64,000 nt of DNA. Origin: Carcharhinus longimanus. Its lineage: Eukaryota. A program made the position numbers and the translations under genes. Positions 55,960-64,000 of this stretch are shown piece by piece (the first letter of the stretch is position 1; the number at the start of each line of letters is the position of its first letter). The stretch covers positions 34,594,597-34,658,596 of the forward strand of contig JASCQW010000099.1 in the NCBI GenBank assembly GCA_030264375.1, in the 5' to 3' direction. A model generated the notes under the pieces. That model was not told the DNA's origin, did no database searches, and was given only the letters and a program-made list of their open reading frames with translations.

Positions 55960-58848
55960 AGTGGAAGTGAGTCCATGACGGGAAGTGAGTCCGTGACTGG
56001 GAGTGAGTTTGCAACAGAGTGAATCAGTAACAGAGTGAGTCTATGATTAGGAGTGAGTCTGTGATGGGGATTGGACCTTTGACGGAGTGAGCCTGTGACG
56101 TGGAGAGGGTCAGTGACAGGGAGTGAATCTGTGACGGGGAGTGAGCCTGTGACTGGGAATGGGGCTGTAACTGGGAGTGAGTCTGTGACAGTGAGTGAGT
56201 CTGTGACTGGGAGTGAGTCTGTGACAGTGAGTGAGTCTGTGAGGGGGAGTGAGTCTGTGACTGGGAGTGAGTCTGTGACTGGGAGTGAGTCTGTGACAGT
56301 GAGTGAGTCTGTGATGGGGAGTGAGTCTGTGACTGGGAGTGAGTCTGTGACAGTGAGTGAGTCTGTGACAGGGAGTGAGTCTGTGACTGGGAGTGAGTCT
56401 GTGACAGTGAGTGAGTCTGTGACTGGGAGTGAGTCTGTGACTGGGAGTGAGTCTGTGACAGTGAGTGAGTCTGTGATGGGGAGTGNNNNNNNNNNNNNNN
56501 NNNNNNNNNNNNNNNNNNNNNNNNNNNNNNNNNNNNNNNNNNNNNNNNNNNNNNNNNNNNNNNNNNNNNNNNNNNNNNNNNNNNNNNNNNNNNNNNNNNN
56601 NNNNNNNNNNNNNNNNNNNNNNNNNNNNNNNNNNNNNNNNNNNNNNNNNNNNNNNNNNNNNNNNNNNNNNNNNNNNNNNNNNNNNNNNNNNNNNNNNNNN
56701 NNNNNNNNNNNNNNNNNNNNNNNNNNNNNNNNNNNNNNNNNNNNNNNNNNNNNNNNNNNNNNNNNNNNNNNNNNNNNNNNNNNNNNNNNNNNNNNNNNNN
56801 NNNNNNNNNNNNNNNNNNNNNNNNNNNNNNNNNNNNNNNNNNNNNNNNNNNNNNNNNNNNNNNNNNNNNNNNNNNNNNNNNNNNNNNNNNNNNNNNNNNN
56901 NNNNNNNNNNNNNNNNNNNNNNNNNNNNNNNNNNNNNNNNNNNNNNNNNNNNNNNNNNNNNNNNNNNNNNNNNNNNNNNNNNNNNNNNNNNNNNNNNNNN
57001 NNNNNNNNNNNNNNNNNNNNNNNNNNNNNNNNNNNNNNNNNNNNNNNNNNNNNNNNNNNNNNNNNNNNNNNNNNNNNNNNNNNNNNNNNNNNNNNNNNNN
57101 NNNNNNNNNNNNNNNNNNNNNNNNNNNNNNNNNNNNNNNNNNNNNNNNNNNNNNNNNNNNNNNNNNNNNNNNNNNNNNNNNNNNNNNNNNNNNNNNNNNN
57201 NNNNNNNNNNNNNNNNNNNNNNNNNNNNNNNNNNNNNNNNNNNNNNNNNNNNNNNNNNNNNNNNNNNNNNNNNNNNNNNNNNNNNNNNNNNNNNNNNNNN
57301 NNNNNNNNNNNNNNNNNNNNNNNGGGAGTGTGTGAAGGGGAGTGAGTCTGTGACGGGGAGTGAGTCTCTGACTGGGAGTGAGTCTGTGACGGGGACTGAG
57401 TCTGTGACTGGGAGTGAGTCAATGACTGGGAGTGGGTCAGTGACTGGGAGTGAATTTGTGACTAGGAGTGGATCTGTGACAGATAATGAGCAGGGCAGAT
57501 TAACTGCCACCCGGATCCCTAGGCTGAGCTTTAGTAAAGTCATCTGACGTGCCTCACTCTTCGTTGAGTAGAATAAAGTCACATTAAGTGACATTAAATA
57601 ATTTATATTGTTGTACTCTGTATTATGTACTACATATATAATATCATTCAGTTATTTGAATCAATTAAAGTCCTTGTATTCATTTATTTTTCATTTTCTT
57701 TACATTTGTACTTTAAAAAGCTTCTGTGTTTTTTGGTTTCCAAAGAGTTGATAACAGTATGTAAATCAACAGATCGAAGCATGTCTGATTCAATGCGCGT
57801 GACTGCCAGATGACTAAGTTTCCCATCGCTCATGGTTGAGTGCAAATACATTTTAATCCTCTTCAGTGCCAAAAATGAATGCTGACCTGAACAGTTAGTG
57901 ATCATTAAGGACAGATAAATTCTAAAGCAAATGTATGTATTTGGATACACCTCGTGCCAGAGCTCGATACATCCCAGTGACGGTGACATTTATTTTGTAT
58001 TTATTTGCATGTATTACAAGTCCAGGGGTGAAGCTCCTCTATTTATAGATATTTGTTACATTAATTCACCCACGGGGTATAGCTATGAAAATTTATTCAC
58101 CCTTAAAAGGGTTAAACCAATTGTTTTTTGCTCTCGGGCCCCCCTCCCTTTTGGACCCCTCGGCTTAAGCCTGCTCAGCCTAATGGTTAATCCACCACTG
58201 GTAATGAGTCAGTGACGGGGAGTGAGTCTGTGATGGGGAGTGAGTCTGTGACGGGAGTGAGTCAGTGACGGGGAGTGAGTCTGTGATGGGGAGTGAGTCT
58301 GTGACGGGAGTGAGTCTGTGACTGGGAGTGAGTCTGTGATGGGGAGTGAGTCTTTGATGGGGAGTGCATCTGTGAATGGGAGTGGGTCTGTGAGTGGGAG
58401 TGAGTCTGTGACGGGAGTGAGTCCATGACGGGAGTGAGTCTTTGATGGGGAGTGAGTCTTTGATGGGGAGTGAGTCTATGAATGGGAGTGGGTCTGTGAG
58501 TGGGAGTGAGTCTGTGACTGGGAGTGAGTCTGTGAATGGGAGTGAGTCCATGACGGGATTGAGTCTTTGATGGGGAGTGCATCTGTGAATGGGAGTGGGT
58601 CTGTGAGTGGGAGTGAGTCTGTGACGGACAGTGTGCCTGTGACAGGAAGTGTAATCTATGACGGGGAGTGAGTCTGTGATGGGGAGTGAGTCCATGATAA
58701 GAAATGAGTCTGTGATTGGTAGTGAGTTTGTGACTGGGACTGGGGTTGTGACTGGGAGTGGGGTTGTGACTGGGAGTGAGTCTGTGACGAGGAGTGAGTC
58801 CATGATGGGGAGTGAGTCCGTGACGGGGAATGAATCCGTGACGGGAAG
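55960..58848. repeat. About 18-bp minisatellite (GGGAGTGAGTCTGTGACT-like) split by the hAT insertion and gaps
   Basis: Dozens of tandem 17-19 bp units are visible. They generate the spurious VTGSES/VTDSLP ORFs. Confidence 0.97.
57491..58200 (-). mobile_element. Internally deleted hAT DNA transposon (710 bp)
   Basis: Imperfect TIRs CAGGGCAGATTAAC / GTTAATCCACCACTG and 8-bp TSD ATAATGAG/GTAATGAG. The residual ORF YPN...TNCSGQHSFLALKRIKMYLHSTMS..KLSHLAVTRIESD matches the hAT C-terminal dimerisation domain. Confidence 0.88.
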
Positions 58849-59857
58849 NNNNNNNNNNNNNNNNNNNNNNNNNNNNNNNNNNNNNNNNNNNNNNNNNNNN
58901 NNNNNNNNNNNNNNNNNNNNNNNNNNNNNNNNNNNNNNNNNNNNNNNNNNNNNNNNNNNNNNNNNNNNNNNNNNNNNNNNNNNNNNNNNNNNNNNNNNNN
59001 NNNNNNNNNNNNNNNNNNNNNNNNNNNNNNNNNNNNNNNNNNNNNNNNNNNNNNNNNNNNNNNNNNNNNCCCCACTTCTGATGTCATGATGGAAGAAGGC
59101 CACCTCTTTGACATACCTATGTGTGTCAGTCTGTGAAATGCTTCACATGTCACCCACAGAGCCCTGGAAGCAGCTGGTGGTGAAAGGGTTGGGCACTAAA
59201 GTCACTTCCAGGGTCACTATCATAGGGTTGTCTCCAATTCCGTGTGGATGTAGATCTTGCTGACTGCTTCACGGGACCTCCTGAGATGTCTCTGGCCTTG
59301 CCTCTCTGCACCTCCACCTCTTTCTCCAGGTGCGATGGTTTCCTCCCACAGTTCAAAGATGTACAAGTTCAGTTGATTGGCCATGCTAAATTGCCCCTTG
59401 GTGTCCCAAGATATGTAGACGAAGGGGATTCGCAGGTGAAATATGGGGATAGGTTATGGTTAAGATGCTTTTGTGGAGAGTGATGCAGTCTCATTGGGCT
59501 GAATGTCCTCCTTCTGCACTGTAGGAATTCTATAATTCTATGAAACCCATTGATATTTTATCAAGGGAAATGTGTGAAAAAAAGGCACAGTTATGAGAAT
59601 CTGTGTCCCCACGGGTTTCAGCCCTACAGCTTCTAATTAGCAAGGTAGTTCACACCTCCCATTTTCACACTCAAATGTCCATCATTCTCATACTGGCCTC
59701 CTCACACTTGGACCTGCACTCCTTGCAGTTAAAAGTGAGTTTTTGAAAATGGTCAGCTACAGTATACAAGTAACTCTCGCTTTGCAAGAAGTGCCCCTCC
59801 ACCCTTTTCCTGTCATCTTTGACTGTTGCCATTACACTTCAGTCTCTCAACATCATT

Positions 59858-62800
59858 GGGCGCTATCTTACCATTTTTTTTCTAAGTACTGGGCTGACTT
59901 GAAACTGGGAGAGTTTCAGATCCATCTTCTAGGCCCATTTTTAGATTCCCCATATATGCGCTCTGCATGCAAAAGTATCAGCGATTCCAATTCTCACCGC
60001 AGAAGCCTGTGGGTGGAACTTAATGTGCCCGAAACCCTACAGTTCCGATCGGAGCCTCCAACTGCATATGTGCAAGGAAAAAAATAATGCTGCTCTCCTC
60101 CCACATCCTTCCTGGGCAGAATAACGCCTCCCCCAGGTCCCCNNNNNNNNNNNNNNNNNNNNNNNNNNNNNNNNNNNNNNNNNNNNNNNNNNNNNNNNNN
60201 NNNNNNNNNNNNNNNNNNNNNNNNNNNNNNNNNNNNNNNNNNNNNNNNNNNNNNNNNNNNNNNNNNNNNNNNNNNNNNNNNNNNNNNNNNNNNNNNNNNN
60301 NNNNNNNNNNNNNNNNNNNNNNNNNNNNNNNNNNNNNNNNNNNNNNNNNNNNNNNNNNNNNNNNNNNNNNNNNNNNNNNNNNNNNNNNNNNNNNNNNNNN
60401 NNNNNNNNNNNNNNNNNNNNNNNNNNNNNNNNNNNNNNNNNNNNNNNNNNNNNNNNNNNNNNNNNNNNNNNNNNNNNNNNNNNNNNNNNNNNNNNNNNNN
60501 NNNNNNNNNNNNNNNNNNNNNNNNNNNNNNNNNNNNNNNNNNNNNNNNNNNNNNNNNNNNNNNNNNNNNNNNNNNNNNNNNNNNNNNNNNNNNNNNNNNN
60601 NNNNNNNNNNNNNNNNNNNNNNNNNNNNNNNNNNNNNNNNNNNNNNNNNNNNNNNNNNNNNNNNCAAGGAAACAGTGTTTAATTTGCTAGGATGCTCTCC
60701 AAAACTGCCTGCAGCTGATCTGCCGTAACAAGGGCAGGTCTATAAAAACCCCAAGGGTGGACGGGCAGGATCAAAATGTCCAACAGGCCAGCACCCAGAT
60801 TCACGGAGGGATACCTTCGCAGATTGCTGGGAGCTGCAGAGGCAAGGTGGGACACCTTCTTCTCCCCCAGCAGGACGTAGACCCGGCAGGGGGAGGGGTG
60901 ACAGCAAAGAGGCCTGGGAAGCGGTGCTTTGGCACTGCCCCCCCCCTGCCAGAACAGGGAAGCAATGCCACAGAAAGGTCATTACTTCATCAAGGCAGCA
61001 AGGGTGATTGCTTAACCCCATCTTCATCTTCCCCCCAGAACCCCCCCACCTGCAGCACCCTGCATGCTTCCAGCCTCAAGCACCTCCTTCCTCCTCCCCA
61101 AGTACAGCACTGCGCTTGCCCTCTGACAGCCATCCCCTGATACCCTGCAGGAGTCACATCATCATTTGTTTGGTGGCTCCCTCTGTCCCCACTGGAGAAG
61201 ACTGACCACAATATCTGAGAGAGGTGAAGGTAGGGGTAAATCAGACCTCCAGATCCTCACCCTCTTTGAGGAGTGGGCGGGGTGGAGTTGTCCTAAGAAG
61301 GAGACATCCGGGCTGTCAGCCACAGCTGGTTGGGCTGGAGTCATGAAGTGAGCACTTGTCAATCCTCCACCCAATTTGAGGCAATTTCTAGGGGGCATGG
61401 GTTTAACGTGCGAGAGGCAAGATTTAAAAGAGATACAGGAGGCATATTTATTTACGCAGAAGGTGGTGGGTTGCCAGGGAAGGTCGTGGAAGCAGGTATG
61501 AAAGTGACCTTTAAGGAGCATCTTGACAGATATCATGAATGGGATGGGAATAGAGATATATGGTCCTTGGAAGGGTAGTAGATTACAATTCAGATGGGCA
61601 GCATGGCCGCTGCAAGCTTAGAGGGCCGAAGGGCCTGCCCCTGTGATGTATTCTTTGTGCTTTGTGCTTTGTTCCATGTTCAATGGAGAAATGGGAATCA
61701 AGTTTTTCCATCCCAGATCCTCTCCCACCCTCGCACTTAATCTTGTGCCCTGTGTTGCAGGAACAGATATAGACGCTCCAGAGCCATCTGGCATCACGCC
61801 TCCCACCCATCCAGCACCTCAGATGAGTCCTCAGAGGATGAAGGGACTTCTGAGGGTGGCACCATTTTGGCATCAGCTTCCACCCTACAACTCCATTCCA
61901 GATACTGACATGTTGGTGGGTCCAGTTAGTGGTGAGGCTTCTAGCTCACTCTGTGAGCCCGACACATCTGATAGTGTACATCAGGTGGAAGAGGGAACGT
62001 CCAAGGCCTCTAGCACATGGAGGCCTGCTTGAGGCGAGGACTCAGCTGGCCCCAAGCTACATGCTGAGCCTCTGAGGTCACTTCTCCCTCAATGCTGGAG
62101 ATGCAGCAACAGAGCTAGAGCATGCAGGAGGGGCCACACTGGACTGACTTTAAGGCTGTTGGGAGGAGTCCCAAAGCTTTCAGGCTGACCAGCTATTGCC
62201 TGTCTTGCATGGTTCCCAGGCCAACGCTGCAAGGGTGGCGTCCGCAGTGGAAAGCCTGGGGCAGGGATTCCTCACCATGAGTCGCAGGCTCCAAGTGATG
62301 GCCGAGTCACAGCAGGCCACAGCTGAGGACTCTTCAAGCTTCTCGAGATTCTGCAGTCCATGGCTGAGACCCAGCGGGACAACACAGAAACATAGCAGGC
62401 TACGGTAGCAGCCCTTGAGAACGTAGCCCAGTCGCAGAGGGCCATGGCTGAGGGGTTGCAGAGTGTGGCCCAGTCTCAGAGAGAACTTGCTGCAGCCATT
62501 GACAAGTGACCCCACTCAGCTGGTCATCGCAGAGGCTCAACCACCGTGGGTAAGGTGCAGGTGGTCATCCAGAACTGGGGGGGCAGGTGACACCGGCCCA
62601 CAGGAAGCCCAAGGGAGGAGGAAGGGCTTGAGCCCATCCCAGGGCCTTTCAGCCAGGAGATTGTGGCTGTGGCTACACCTTCTGACTTCCCTGTCCCTGA
62701 TACCGGGGCAACTCAGGGGCAGCGGGACGAAAAGGGTGTCGTGGACACATCCCGGACACCAGGAAAGCCAGCCAGGGCCCTCAAGGTCCTGGCCCTCCAG

Positions 62801-64000
62801 AGGACACCCACCAAGCGCATCACAGGCCACGGTGCATGGTAGGCAGCTGGCCCCCTCCAGTTTCAATGTACATTCTGGGGAGACATAAAGGCGTCTTGGT
62901 AGACCATGTAAGGTTGGGAAATTGTAGTTGCACTGAGATAGCATGGGTGAAGGGCTGCACTAGTTGGATAATTATTAAGCACTTTAACGTTTTCTGTTTA
63001 CATGTTTTTATATTGGAACTTCTTCTTTAGACACTTTTATTGTAAACAGTAAATGTTTTTTCACCGCCCAACTGTGAATAATTTGTCTCAGATTTGCCTC
63101 AAACAGGAATCCTCTTGCTTTTACGATTGCTGGAGGGATCCTTCATGTTGATGTCAGTTGGGGAGGCCCCTCAACGCTATATCACAGAGAAAATTAAACC
63201 ATTGGTTCCCCAGAATTCCCTCCCCTTCCACACCCCACCCTCCCCAGAGCCTGTATGGGGGTTCACTGATCTCTTATCCAATACACAGTTGGGTTCAGGT
63301 GCCAGTATTCATGCGGAGCTCAGGTAGGAGTCAGACTTGTCTTGCACCAGGACATCATCATAATGATGCTTAGCGAGTTGTCATCATCCTCCTGCCTGCC
63401 AAAGAAACACAGCGTACTCAGGCCGACCACTCTGGTGTGATAATGTTGCAGGAGATAGTAGAATTGGGGGTGTGGGGAATGGAGCCCACGTGCATAAACA
63501 CAGGCCCCTAGTTAGCGAAGCACTTGGTGATCAGGGCACCCCCTAGCTGCCCTCGCGTGTTCATTCTTGCTGCCAACCCTCCAGCACTTGGGTGATTTTG
63601 CTCATTGTGGTCCTCCTCCTCTTCCTTCTCCCCTTCCTCTTCTTCCTGATGGGTGGCCTGCTCCCCAGTGACACCCAGCTGATCGGCCTACATGTCCTCC
63701 TCCAAAAGGTCACTTCTCTACTGCCCCAGGTTGTGAAGGACACAGCACATTTCCAAAATGCAGGAAAAAAATCAGAGGCTGTACTGCAGGGCCCCACCAG
63801 AGCGGTCCAGGCACCAGAACTGCATTTTCAGGAGCCCTATGCACCTCTCTGCTATAGATCGGATGGCTATGTGGGCCTCATTACACCAGATCTCCACCTC
63901 AGTCTTCTGCACACGCGTTATCAGCCAAATGGGTACCCCATGTCATCCACGAGCCATCCCTGCATCCTGGGCTCCTCCTCAAAGGTTTCCGGTGTGTCTG
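59858..64000. mobile_element. PIF/Harbinger element (Myb-like gene +, transposase - from about 63560, running off the window)
   Basis: Colinear homology to 34647-41900. The minus strand reads NEAHIAIRSIAERCIGLLKMQFWCLDRSGGALQYS. Confidence 0.85.

Noticed and set aside
55960-58848. CRISPR-like array
   Set aside because: The units are contiguous tandem repeats without unique spacers, the context is eukaryotic, and no cas genes are present.
55929-59103. Long ORFs with VTGSES / VTDSLP / HRLTP repeats (mucin- or adhesin-like)
   Set aside because: They are translations of an 18-bp minisatellite, open in several frames on both strands and inflated by N gaps. There is no splice or homology support.

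Overview
This is vertebrate genomic DNA from a gappy draft assembly. The repeat complement (V-SINE/HE1-type and Deu-type SINEs, CR1, Penelope-like, PIF/Harbinger, hAT) points to a cartilaginous fish such as a shark; the taxon is an inference. The window is dominated by one large minus-strand gene, an apparently intact chitin synthase (GT2). I reconstructed it by hand as 18 coding exons from an ATG at 53058 to 2382: 3624 nt, 1208 codons, all introns GT-AG with compatible phases. The terminal exon and stop codon were not found. All hallmark motifs are present: ATMWHE, TPYGGR, IRHKKRWSQ, LDGD, QKFEY, CSPGCFSLYR, QYDQGEDRW, QRRRW and SWGTRE. A false 100-N gap with a 9-bp overlap splits catalytic exon 10 and would make pipelines call a frameshift. 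Introns and the upstream flank are filled with degraded transposons. Notable items are a U2-snRNA-headed, hairpin-rich, A-tailed element (candidate new SINE), a Penelope-associated minimal hammerhead ribozyme with an intact core, three two-gene Harbinger relics, and a deleted hAT element inserted in an 18-bp minisatellite. Transposon boundaries are approximate unless TIRs or TSDs are quoted.
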